Assembly (NCBI GenBank): GCA_963773065.1
Contig: CAVYZN010000023.1
Location: 115,493 to 179,492 of the forward strand
DNA: 64,000 bases
Direction: 5' to 3'
Source of the DNA: an uncultured Gammaproteobacteria bacterium
Lineage (GTDB): Bacteria; Pseudomonadota; Gammaproteobacteria; UBA9214
Shown: piece by piece, positions 30,315 through 42,131 of the stretch
How positions within the stretch are numbered: the first letter of the stretch is position 1
Layout: every line of letters begins with the position of its first letter
Program-made: the position numbers and the translations under genes
The notes under the pieces: model-generated
What the model saw: only the letters and a program-made list of their open reading frames with translations
The model's database searches: none
What the model was told of the DNA's origin: nothing

Positions 30315-31441
30315 GCGCCCGCCTCTCCGGAAGTCATAAAAAGCCCGGAACCATGGACCGCAAATAATCTGATAGTGTCATATTGTCTTAAATGACGGTT
30401 TTTCAGGACTTCAGGACAAGGTGTCCTGAGTTCCTGCTGACCTGTAACAATCCGGTAACAATGGGTGGGTACGATAGGACATACGATCAGGCGATTATAT
30501 GCCACCATGGCAGCTACCCAGGTTAAAATGGGACAGCCGGGTTGCAATAAACATGAGCCGGCTTCCTGGCCGGTAAACTATCATGGCAAGCAATGCCCAC
30601 TACTCATAGATAGTCCCCAATTGTGTGCAATTAACATCCAAGCGCACCTTAGAAGTGCACTTTATAAAGGCGAGTAACCGGAGATTGCTGAATATACTTA
30701 TTGTCAGTATAGCTTTATGAAGGTATACTCAATGTTAGCATTTAAGCTTTTGCTGATGCGACGGAGGTCGGTGCGCGCACCACGTGCGAAAGCCGTTTTT
30801 GCAAGATTTCCTTGATGAGATTTCTGCGGAAATACAAGTTGACCCTATCGACGGACTTTGCCGGACAACCGGCAAAGAAAGTTCGGCAGGCAAACGCGGG
30901 CGCCGCACCGATTGGACTGATTGGGATCATCCTGGTTAGTGATTACCGGTAGCAGACATAGGCAAGTGGTCTATTATTTGCTTAATGTCTGTCGAGGTAA
31001 AATCGCCGCGGAGTAGCATCGACCGTTTTTTTTAGTTCGCTGGGTTGCACGGAAGGTACTCAGGGAAACAAATGCACTTAACAATAATCCGGAGAGACGC
31101 CGTCCATGATTGACCTAATCAATCCACACTCCCACCTCGAGTGCCATTACGACGCACCGCCAGGCAACTCACAACCCGCTCCCAGGCAACGTCGCGCCAG
31201 TTGTAGGGTGAAAAGTTGAAGATCGCCGTTGCATTATTTTCGACGGAGCACTCCAGGCTCTGTTGTAACCCATCTGAAACCCCGTCCCGGGTATCGTGGT
31301 TAAGCGGGTTACCCAATAGAATCCTGGCCGATGACACCAGGGCTCCACGCGCCATCAGAGGAAACCAACACTTAACGACGCGAGCGGCTGCTTATCTCAG
31401 CCGTTCACGCAACTGTCATCTATTACGGAGGAGTTATAGCC

Positions 31442-33014
31442 ATGTCTCATAGCAAGTCACCAACAAGATTACCTACCATGCTGGCTTTTGTGGCGCTGGG
31501 CCTACTCTTGGTGCACGACGCCTTCGGCGCCATAACCTGTAGAAAGAACACGACTCTCGCAAGGGCATGCAGCTTACAGTACCTCCTGCCCTACCGGCTG
31601 GACGAAAATTTCCTCCAGCTGCAGCACCCAGACGGTTGGCGGCAGCATCACCTACATCAATCATCATGGAATAGGCATCAAATGCACTTGGCAGGAATTT
31701 CAGGGCGAGTGGTCGTCCAATCCCGGCATTGCCCCAGACCCGATCAGCGTGTCTCAGACGGTGGAAGGAGAAGGCAATTACGCCACTTGTGGTGGCTGGG
31801 ATACCGCTTCCGTCCCTCCCGGAGCCCCAGATTTCAGCACGGCGCCGTACGGTTCTGGCAAATTCTTATTCAAGGTCAAGTACGAATCCGCGGCTCCCCT
31901 GACATGTATCGAAGACCCCAATGCGGGGATCGGCAACAACTGCATCAAGACCGACGCGCAGAATCCCAAGCACGGTGATAGTGGCGGCACCACGCCCCCC
32001 GGGGCCAGCCGCGCCTGCGCGCTCAACAGCCCTGGGGGCGGTACCACGCTTACATACACGTTCGCCTGCGCGGACGGCGTGAGCGTGAGGGGATTTCTGA
32101 CGCTGGTACCAAGACTTGACGGTAACCCGCAATCGAACCCGAGTGGTTGGGCTGGAAGCTTTACGAACTGTAGCGATGCGCGCATCGCCGCCGGCGCGTG
32201 CACGATGCAGCTCGGTGGAATCCCCACGAAGACGGTGAAAGTAAAAGGACAGAACGTGACGGTCGTCGACTCCGCCGCGTGCGAGGCTGCTTTTCCGGCG
32301 GGATCGGTGGTTAACGCATTGGGTACGAGTCAGACGCAGAATTTGGACCTGAAGGAAATACTCTTCTATAAGGAAGTCGCCTCTGAGGGAATCTGCGACG
32401 CCACCACCCTACTGCCCACCGTGGTCGGTCTCCCGGCGGCGGCATACGGGCGCTATTGCCAGTCAGACCTCGGCGTGTTCTACGACAACGTGACCGGCAA
32501 TATATTCACTGGTGATTCGTCGATCCTCGAAGGTTTTGACAATGAGTTACGCGTATGCCCACCAGGGCCTGACGGGGTGCGTCACACGGCCACCCAAGAT
32601 GTAGAGCAGGTTAAGCTGAGCGGCGTCACACTGGAACCACAAGGTCCTCTGAACCTGAACTGCACTTCAGGCGGTAATACCGACTCGGGCAATTACAAGG
32701 TCAAGATTCCCGACCAATCCCCATTGTTATCGGTGGACATCGACACTAGCCCACTGAGCACCGACGCGCCAAAACTTGAGGGCGTTTCTCCGACCAGTGC
32801 CGCTATTATTGTCGACACCGACGGGGTAAGGAAGCTGGAGTTGACCTACCCGACATGTCCGGATTTGTCGGCAAACATCATAAGCAGGTATCAGCCGACG
32901 AATAATTCCAACGTCACGTTGCATCTGGAGGGCCAGACCAACGGGGCGGGCGCCGGAAGCCTTGGCCCGGTACTTTTCGAGGGCGAATTCACCATCAAAG
33001 TGAACGGCCTGTAA
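31442..33014 (+). CDS. Secreted Cys/Gly/Thr-rich hypothetical protein (frameshift near 31550)
   Basis: GGAG RBS, signal peptide; the 31749 ORF frame stays open upstream (TSCPTGWTKISSSCST). Confidence 0.7.
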
Positions 33015-33020
33015 TTATAA

Positions 33021-33159
33021 CTAGGGAAGCTCTGATTAAGTCCGTTCGTGGTGAGCCTGTCGAACCATGAACGGACAAATCGCCTGACATTTATGGCATT
33101 TCCCGTTCACCCTTCGACAAGCTCAGGGCGAACGGGAGACTTGATCAGAGCTTCCCTAG
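33021..33159. mobile_element. MITE-like element with terminal inverted repeats and internal REP-like palindromes
   Basis: CTAGGGAAGCTCTGATTAAGTC ... GACTTGATCAGAGCTTCCCTAG; internal CCCTTCGACAAGCTCAGGGCGAACGG. Confidence 0.75.
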
Positions 33160-33260
33160 CGAGGGAAGGGTCGCATTACTGCGCCCTGCACCCCGGGGCC
33201 TCATGCGGCGCAGGGTCGTTTCTTTGACTATGCGCGGCCTAAGAGGTTGAGGTAGAGATT

Positions 33261-36200
33261 ATGAGCACGCGAGGATCCCACGGCTATTTTTCCGGTGTGC
33301 CGGCTGGGGTATTACTGTTCGCGGCCGGCACCGTTCTTTCAGTTGCCCATGCCGACGTCACGTCCAGCGGCCTGGGTACCGTCGTCAATCAACCGGCTGC
33401 CGGTGTCTTCGATATCACCGGCGGCACGCGGCCGGGCGGCGGAGCCAATCTGTTCCACAGCTTTGGCGACTTCAGTCTGGATGCAGGCCAGAGCGGTAAC
33501 TTCATCAACAATTCCGGTCTGTCCACCACGAACGTCATCGGGCGCGTCACCGGCGGAAATCCATCGAATATCTTCGGGACGATTCAAACCACGGGTTTTC
33601 CGGGCGCCAATCTGTATTTAATGAATCCCGCCGGCATCCTCTTCGGACCGACGGCTCAACTGAACGTCGAGGGATCCTTCCACGCCACAACCGCCGATTA
33701 CATCAAGCTCGGTTCTGACGGTATTTTCTACGCAGATGCGGCAAATGCCAGTGTCCTCAGCGCATCCCCACCCTCGGCCTTCGGCTTCCTCAGCGCCAAT
33801 CCCGCTTCGATTGAGGTTCAGACGGGTGGAATAGACTTCGACACATTCCAGCCGGCAGCGCTCCTCCAGGTCCCGGAAGGCCAGACGCTCTCGCTGGTTG
33901 GCGGCAACGCGCCGGGAAGTGACATTCCGGGTGTCAGCATCGGCGCCCTGGATGGCAGTACGCCGGGTTACGTGCTGGCGCCGGCCGGCCGCGTCAACCT
34001 GGTGAGCGTGGCGTCTGCCGGGGAGGCGACGTTCGATGGGGTGGGATTCAATGTCGATGGCTTCGCCGAGTTGGGTGGCGTCAAGGTCGGGACCGGCAGC
34101 CTCGTGGACGGCAAGGAGATTTTCATCCGCGGTGGACGGCTGGTCATCGACGACGGCGTCGTGTTGCCCGGGGCATTTGCGTTCGAGTTGTCGTTCGTCG
34201 GTCTGTCGCCGCTGCCGGACGGCGGCCAGGTCAATATCAAGGTTACCGATGACGTGACCATAAGAGGAACGTCGTTCGAGCCGCTGACTTTTGCGGCTCC
34301 GGGGATCTTTGTCTATACGGGGGACCCTTTGGGCAACTCCGTATCGCCCGAGGCCAAGCTGCCTGACGTGAGGATCGACGCGGGCTCCGTGTCGATATCG
34401 GGATTCGCGGCCATCCAGGCGCAACGCAATGCGCCCGATAGGTTCGGCGAAAAAACCGGAAATGTCGAGATCAACGCGAACAAGGTGACGGTGGAAAGCG
34501 GTGGATCGATCGTGCTGATCAACGCCATTCAGGGCGACGGCCCCAGCCTGACGATCAATGCCAAAGAGGTGGACGTGTCGGGCGACGGCAGCTTCAGCGC
34601 GTTCGGCTTCGAGGGGTTTGCGGCCCAGGGTCTGCGCAATCCCGCCTATCCGTTCAGTGCCATCGCGGCCGAACTCATCACGGCCGACAGCGGCAACATC
34701 ACGATCAACGCCAGTGACAGTCTGAGCGTTCGCGGTCTGGGCCAGGTCACGACCGACAGCCTCAATTTCGGGCGCGCCGGTGATATCACGATAAACGCCG
34801 GCAATGTCCTGGTGGCGGGGACCGGCGACCCGCAGAGCGCCCTGATCGGCTCGCAGAGCAACTTCGCCGGCGATTCCGGCAACATCGTGATCAACGCAAC
34901 CGGAACAATCACGGTCAAGGACGGCGCCCGCGTCACTAGCGCGTCACTCGGCTCGGGCAACGCGGGTAATGTCACCTTGAGCGCCGGCGGGCCGGTCACC
35001 CTCTCCGGCGCCGACGCCCGCATCGTGGGCGCGACTTTCCAGCCGCCCGACGATCAGTTGAATGCGCTGTTCGAGTCGGTGTTTTTCGAGAGCTTCGATT
35101 CCCTACGCGCTGAAATGGGAAATCCCAACGCCAGCCTCATGGAGGTCCTCGCCTACCTGCGGGACGTGCGCGGACTGGTGCCGATCCCCGACCTCGACCT
35201 CATCCCCGGCGATGGGGGCGCGATTACGATCACTACGCCGGAGTTGACTATGAATGCCAGGACGAGAATAGAAACGTCGACAGGTTGGGAAGGTAATGCG
35301 GGCAGCGTGGAGGGGAATGTGGGCTCCTTGTTCGTGAATGCCGGCGCCGCGATCCGCAGTCGCAGCGGCGTTGAGTTTCTCGATGGCACGGCCGCCGTCG
35401 GTCCTGGCGACGGTGGCGCAATAAATATCAATGCCACCGACACCGTCTCGATCTCAGGCACAGACAGTACAATTTCGACGAGCACATTCGGCGATGGCAA
35501 CGGCGGCGATATTCTTATCAACGCTGGCAAGGGTGTGAAGATACTCAACGGTGGACGCGTGGCAGCTGATAGCGGCGGAACGCTAGCGGATCAACAGTTC
35601 TCCGGCAGCGGGCTCGCCGGCAACATCAGTATCACGTCCGGTGGTTCGATCAACATGGACAATGGCACCATGTCGACGCGGGCGATCACCTCAGATGGCG
35701 GCAACATCGCGCTGACTGCCCCGGAGCGGGTTTACCTGCTTGACTCGGAAATCACTACCTCGGTCGAGAGCGGCTTCGGCGGCGGCGGCAACATCAACAT
35801 CGATCCGCAATTCGTGATCCTCAACCAGAGCAACATCCTCGCGAATGCCTTCGGCGGGCCTGGCGGCAACATCAACATCGTGGCGGACAACTTCATCATT
35901 TCAGCGCAAAGCCGGGTTGACGCCTCTTCCGCGCTCGGCATCGACGGCACGGTCAATATCAGCTCACCGGACGCAGGATGTCGCCCAGGAACTTGCCGTA
36001 CTGCCCGAGAACTTCCTGGACGTGACCGGCCTCATCAGCGACCGCTGCGGTGCAACAGCCGGCGCGAGCAGTCTGGTGTCTGCGGGCCCCGGCGGGCTGA
36101 CGATCGATCCGGACGGTTATCTGCCGAGTTTTGTGGCAATGACCAACGCGGGATACAAGGAAAAGGGAAAAGCAGCGCGGTCAACAGCGGTAAACCCTGG

Positions 36201-36261
36201 TGGGCGCTGGCTGCGGATCACGTCAGCGATACAACTCGCCCAGGTGACCTGCACGCGTTAA
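33261..36261 (+). CDS. Two-partner secretion TpsA exoprotein, filamentous haemagglutinin N-terminal domain (frameshift near 35978)
   Basis: NLFHSFGDF, RVTGG, NPAGILFG, repeated GNAGNITI beta-helix motifs. Confidence 0.9.
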
Positions 36262-36352
36262 AAATACTGTCATTACAGAAACGATCAGCATGCCGGCTTG
36301 CCATGCAGAACCGGCAGTGGGAGTATTGCGCCATGGATGCGGGACTACGGCC

Positions 36353-38090
36353 ATGTCAGCCCTCTCGCGGGCGTATCGTGCTTGCCTGCTGGGTCTAGGG
36401 CTGTGTGGCGGTCCGGCCTACGCACAGAACCGCTCGGCCCCGGCGCACCGGGCGAGACGGCCCCCGGTGGTATCCCCAGGCCGGGTGAATTTCGACCGCA
36501 ATTGCCTCGAGCCCGGCGCACCACCCCAGGCGCCGGTCGAAGTCCCTCGGGAAGCCCCGCTGCCCAGGAGGAGAAAAGACGCCCTATGGCGTCAGGGTCT
36601 TCGTCAAGGAGATTCGTCTCACGGGCAACACGGTCTTCAGCACCGAGGAGCTCAAGAAAATCACGGCGCCTTACGAAGGCCGCATCGTGGCCAGCAGCGA
36701 GCTCGAGGATCTCCGCGTTGCCCTGACCCGCTATTACATCGACCACGGCTACATCAATTCCGGCGCCGTGATTCCCGACCAAAAGGTTGTCGATGGGGTC
36801 ATCCAAATGGTGATCGTCGAGGGCCGTCTGACCGACATCGAGGTCACCGGGAACAAGTATCTGAATTCCGACTATATCAAGGACCGGCTCAGGCTCGGCG
36901 CCGGGCCACCGCTCAATGTCAAGGATCTGCAAGAGCAGATCCAGATAATGCTCGAGTCGCCCGTGATCGAAACCATGAATTCGCAACTGCAGACCGGGCG
37001 ACCGGCCGGGAGAGGCCAACCTTACCACCCGTGTCAAGGAGGGCCCGCGAGTCCAGTTCATTCCGGTTATCGACAACCGGCTGTCACCGCCCCTGGGCGA
37101 TGTCCGGGTGCTGCCGCAGGTCTATGTCTACGACCTGACCGGTCGCGGGGACGTGCTCAGCACTAACGTTGGTTATGCTGAAGGACTGACGGATGCCAAT
37201 GCCAACTGGGCCGTTCCCCTGAATGCCCATGACACCACACTCACCCTGCTCGCCGAGCACACGGACTCGCAGGTTGAAAACGGGCCATTCCAGGATCTGG
37301 ACATCAAAAACAAGACCCAAACCCTCGGCTTCAGGCTGGGTCATCCCTTCTACCGCACCCCGAGCCAGAACTTCAGCATGGCGCTGGGGCTGGATCTCCG
37401 CAAGAGTCATTCCGAACTGCTCGGCGAGGACTTCGCCTTTACGCCGGGCGTACCCTCGGATGGCGAGGTGAAGGCCAGCATCATCCGATTCTCCCAGGAC
37501 TGGACAAAGCGCGGGGCGAAGCAGGTGCTGGCGGCGCGCTCCCAATTCAGTGTAGGTATCGATGCACTTCGATGCAACGACCAATTCGGACAATCTCCCC
37601 AGCGGGAAGTTTTTTGCCTGGCTCGGCCAGTTCCAGTGGGTGAGACGTCTGGGAGAGGACTGGGGAGAGCTGATTTTTCGAACCGATACGCAACTGACCA
37701 ACGACGACCTCTTCACGATGGAGCAGTTCTCGGTCGGAGGGGCGCTCAGTGTGCGCGGCTACCGGGAAAACCAGATTGTGCGCGACTACGGCTTATGACA
37801 TATCGCTGGAGTACCGCTATCCGCTCATCAAGGATCCGAGTGGCCGGAGCATCCTGGCGCTGGCGCCTTTCGTGGATGGCGGCGGCGCCAAGAACAACGA
37901 TCTGCCCAATGGTCCGAACCCGACGTTTCTGTACAGCGCCGGCGCGGGCCTGCGCTGGGATCCGATACCCAAAATTCACGCGCAGGTCTATTGGGGCCAC
38001 GGGTTCCGCAGTGTAGACAATGACGACCACACCCTGCAGGACGACGGCGTTCACTTCCTCCTGAGCGCCAACCTGTACGAGTGGCCCTAA
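36353..38090 (+). CDS. ShlB/FhaC/HecB TpsB outer-membrane transporter (several frameshifts)
   Basis: POTRA GNTVFS..YIDHGYINSGA, SVRGYREN motif, SAGAGLRW. Confidence 0.88.
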
Positions 38091-38102
38091 ACGTAAAATT
38101 GA

Positions 38103-38162
38103 CCACGGAAATACACGGACAAGACACTACTGATTTCAGTGCAGTTCCGTGTGGTTCCGTGG
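38103..38162. repeat. Palindromic repeat between convergent genes
   Basis: CCACGGAAATACACGGA ... TCCGTGTGGTTCCGTGG. Confidence 0.65.
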
Positions 38163-38194
38163 CTATTATCAGGACTGCAGCTACCCCACTGGTC

Positions 38195-40507
38195 CTAGAG
38201 CCAGTTTCCGATTAACAGAAACGGCGACCAGTAGCTTGGGTGGTCGTAACGGCGATCCTTGAGCAGCTTGAGCTGTGCCTGCTGCAGTGCCTTGGCCTTG
38301 GATATGCCTGGTTCCTTGAGGTCCTCGTAGAAATCGGCGACGAGAATCGACGATGCCTGGTCGTTGATGTACCACAACGTCGCCAGGGCGCTCCTCGCGC
38401 CGGCCTTGACGGCGATGCCTCCGAGACCCAGGGCGGCCTTGTCATCCCCCACCGCGGTCTGGCAGGCGCTGAGCGTCAGCAGTTCGACCGGTTGCTTACG
38501 GTACGTCGTGCTGGCCATATACCCTTGAAGCGTATCCATGTTCAGTTTGCCGTCGTAGGTCAGCAGGAAGGTATTCTGCGCATCCTTCTCAAATTTCCCG
38601 TGCGACGCCACGTGGACAATCGAGTAAGGCCGTTCATCCAGATCCTTCTCGAAATTCGACAGGGTAAACGTGCTGTTCTCCAGCATGGCCCCGTCGTAGA
38701 GCCTGTGGATCCGGGTAATCTCTTCTGCGACATTGGGCAGGGGCGGAAAGCCCTGCACGCTGTCCGTCAATCCCGCCGCCAGCAACTCGATATGTTCCCG
38801 CGGCAGCGGCCGGGGGTCGGTCAGCGTCAGGCCGGGTATGGTCGCCACGGCATACCGGGCAATGAGAAAGTTCTTACCGTCGTAGAGCGCGGCGAGGGGA
38901 ATGGTACGCAGCGCGCCGTCAGGGATAAAGACCAGCGTGTCGATATTCTGCGCTTCCAGATCCTTTTCCAGCGGTTGAATCAGCCAGGCGTAGATCTTCA
39001 TCGCATTCCGCCGGTACTGGTTCGTCGTGCGCTTCTCCAGGAGCGCGCGGAAGTTGTTGACCTCCTCGTTCAGCACTTGCGCGCCGACCGGAACGCTGTA
39101 GCGCTTCATGCCGTCCGGCAAGCTGAGCAGGATTTCGAGACGATCCGGGAGGACGATCGGGTAAATAGCCGCCGTGCGTTCACCCAACGAGTCGATACCC
39201 GTTGTCTTGGCCTTGAGCGCGGCGACGCAATCGTCCCGGAAGTAATCTTCCAGTTCTGCGCCCTTGAGCATCTCCACCGTGGAGCGCACCTCGCGCAGGT
39301 CTGCCTCGGCTGCCGGCGTGCCGGCACGGGCAGCCGCTCTTTTCAGCAGCAGATCGGCCAGATCCAGATACAGCTGCCCTGCTTCCTCACGGAAATCAGC
39401 CGTGCCTGCCCATGTAGCCCGCCACCAGTTCCGGTCGAATCGACTGCAGGTCGCTAACGGCGCGCTGGTAGGCATTGATCGCCGCATCGGTATTGCCCTC
39501 GGCCCGTAACAGGCGCGCCTCCTGCCATTCCCAACGATAGCGGATCTCCGGCGCCTGCGTCTTTTCCAGTCTTTGCAGGGCCTTGACGGTATATGCTCAT
39601 GGCGTCTTCGGTACGCCCTTCCTGTTCGTAGAGCGCACCCAAGTAACCATAGGCATAGGACATTGCCCGATTATCGTCGACCGATTCAGCCACGGTGGCG
39701 GCCTCGTTCAGGGCCTGATACGCAAGCCGCTGCAATTCGTCCGTCGCAGCCCCGGGACTTGCTGGCCAGGCGCAAATAAAGCCGACCGATACTGGTCAGT
39801 ACAAATGCCTTTTCGTGCGAGGCCGGAAGCGCCTTCGCTTGTCCCGCCGCACGATTCAGCTCTACCAGGGCTTCCTTCTCGCGCTTGCTTTCGACCAACG
39901 CCCTTGCAATATTGACCGATCCCTTGGCGGCCAGGCCGTTATTCCCGGCCGCTTGCGCATCGGACACGGCCTGTTGATAGACCGGAATGGCTGCATCGTA
40001 ATCACCCTCTGACGCAAGCAGACTGCCCAGATTGTTACCGGCTACAGCGGCCGAAGCCGGCCGGCCGGCCGCGCGTTCTTCCGCTGTAGCCTTTTCGAGC
40101 AGCGTTCTCGCCTCGTCTGTGCGATTGGAGAGTAAATAGGCCGTGCCCAGGCTGCTCGCCACCTGGGTGGCAAGCTGTTCATCACCGGCTGCCTGCGCCA
40201 GCTTCAATCGCTGATTGAAGGCTACTGATCGCCTGGTAGGAATGCCCATGGACAGATAGGCTTCGGCCTTGTTCTGAAGTACACGCGCCTGGCCACCCTT
40301 GTCGTTCGTCCGTCGATATTCGTCAAGCGCGACATTCCAGGCCGCCAGGGCTTCTTCGAACTGGCCATCGTTAAAATACTTCTTCCCGGTATTAACCTGT
40401 TCTGCGGCCGATGCGCTGGTCGAGGGCTCGGCAGCAGCCAGTACCGTAGCGGTAAAGAGGAAACAGACAGTGATGCACAAGACTTTCAACTGGAAGCTCC
40501 GTTCCAT
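38195..40507 (-). CDS. Signal-peptide TPR + CHAT (caspase-like) protease (frameshifted)
   Basis: TPR-like helices, AELEDYFRDDC, PDGALR, HVASHG, LSACQTA, ATLW, HPSYWSPF. Confidence 0.9.
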
Positions 40508-40684
40508 TTTCTAATCTCCTAGTGGCTGCGCCGCACGGAATGCCCGAAGTATTACATACTCTGGCAGGTGTACCTATGCCTCAATGGATTCTTGGAAGCC
40601 TGCCCCTCATTTTCTGGCATCACCTCCGGTTCTTCAATGCTGGCTGACCCGGCTGCATGAGCTGCACGAGCGCCTGGTCTAGAA

Positions 40685-40780
40685 ATAAAGCGCTCAATGC
40701 CAGGCGTAAATCCAGCCTGGAAACGGTGTTCGGTATCATCAAGGAAATGCTCGACTTTCGGCGATTTCACCTGTGCGTGG
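40685..40780 (+). pseudogene. IS1182-like transposase C-terminal remnant
   Basis: KALNARRKSSLETVFGIIKEMLDFRRFHL resembles the YxxRKxxVEPVFGxIKxxxGFRRF motif. Confidence 0.6.
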
Positions 40781-40816
40781 AAGCCACGGCACCGCCCGAT
40801 CTGATATGTTTACGAC

Positions 40817-41035
40817 ATGGCCGGGAAACTCAAGGAGCCCATGGTGATCACCGACTACCGGCGAGAACCGGTGTGTATCTTGCCGGTCGGGTTCTATTTC
40901 GACGATGACCGCTGGGAAAAGATCTGGCGGCGCTTCGATGAAAAGGGCGCGCCGCTGACGCGCGATGACCTGGTCGAACTGTTTCCGGAAGAACCGGTCC
41001 TGCAGCACAACCGGGTGAACCCCGATCACGGCTGA
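40817..41035 (+). CDS. Small hypothetical protein, 72 aa
   Basis: ORF with host-like GC3 codon usage. Confidence 0.6.
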   Translation: MAGKLKEPMVITDYRREPVCILPVGFYFDDDRWEKIWRRFDEKGAPLTRDDLVELFPEEPVLQHNRVNPDHG

Positions 41036-41064
41036 TTACGCTTCACTGTCGGGATAGACCATTC

Positions 41065-41085
41065 GGTGCGCACGGCGCATCCTAC
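41065..41085 (-). repeat. GTAG-type REP palindrome
   Basis: GTAGGATGCGCCGTGCGCACC on the minus strand. Confidence 0.6.
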
Positions 41086-41168
41086 GTCACCCGCGGCTTA
41101 ATACGGATTTGTTATTCCGTGTCCTTCCCAGTGATTCCATGCCCATTCGATCTTATAGGCGAAATCCA

Positions 41169-42054
41169 TCACCGCCCCGCCTGCAGGGCCGCGATGCGTT
41201 CCTCCAGCGGCGGGTGGCTCAGGAACAGTCTCCCCAGCCCGGCTCTCAACCCGCCGCTGATGCCGAAGGCGGCGAATTCGCCCGGCAGGTGCCTGTGGTT
41301 CATGCGCCCGCTGCAGCGCCTGCAGCGCGCCGATCATCTTGCCGCGGCCGGCGAGCGAGGCGCCGCCGGCATCGGCGCGGAATTCGCGCCGGCGCGAGAA
41401 CCACATCACGATGATCGTGGCGAGGACGGAAAGAAATATCTGGGCCACGATGGAGGTAATGTAATAGGCCGGACCGTAGCCGCGTTCGGTCTTGAACACC
41501 ACCCGGTCCACCACGTGGCCGATGACGCGCGACAGGAAGATGACGAAGGTATTCACCACGCCCTGCAGCAGGCCCATGGTGACCATGTCGCCGTTGCTGA
41601 CGTGGGTAATCTCATGCCCCAGCACCGCCTCGACCTCATCGGCGTTCATGTTCTGCAACAGCCCGGTGCTGACCGCCACCAGCGCATTGTTGCGGCTCAT
41701 GCCGGTGGCGAAGGCATTCGGTTCCGGGGCGTTGAAGATACCGACCTCGGGCATGCCGATGCCGGCCTGTTTGGCCTGACGCCGCACGGTCTCGACCAGC
41801 CACTGCTCCGTTTGGCTTCGCGGCTGCTCGATGACCTGCACCCCCATGGAATGCTTCGCCATGAACTTGGATAGGGCCAGCGAGATGAAGGAACCGCCGA
41901 AACCGATCACGGCCGACATCACCAGCAGGGCCTGCAGGTTCAGGTCCACATGGTTCGCCTGCAGGATGCCATCGATCCCGAGCACCTGGAAAACGATGCT
42001 GATCAACACCAGCACCGCGGCATTGGTGGCCAGAAACAGTAAAATTCGCATCAT
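41169..42054 (-). CDS. htpX: Protease HtpX (frameshift near 41290)
   Basis: [32 protein letters not shown]; [12 protein letters not shown] in another frame. Confidence 0.95.
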
Positions 42055-42096
42055 GGGGTTTATCTCCTGGTCGTAACGAAAATCCGCACACCCCTT

Positions 42097-42124
42097 AGAT
42101 GGTGGCGGGGGAAAAAAATTCAAT
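42097..42124 (-). promoter_or_regulatory. Sigma32-type promoter for htpX
   Basis: ATTGAA-N13-CCACCATCT. Confidence 0.5.
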
Positions 42125-42131
42125 CCCGCAC

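Noticed and set aside
30740-31330. Possible c-di-GMP riboswitch upstream of the secreted protein
   Set aside because: Could not match the GEMM consensus by eye
38195-40507. CHAT protease as part of a CRISPR type III-E system
   Set aside because: No cas genes or repeat-spacer array seen in the window, and the protein has a signal peptide
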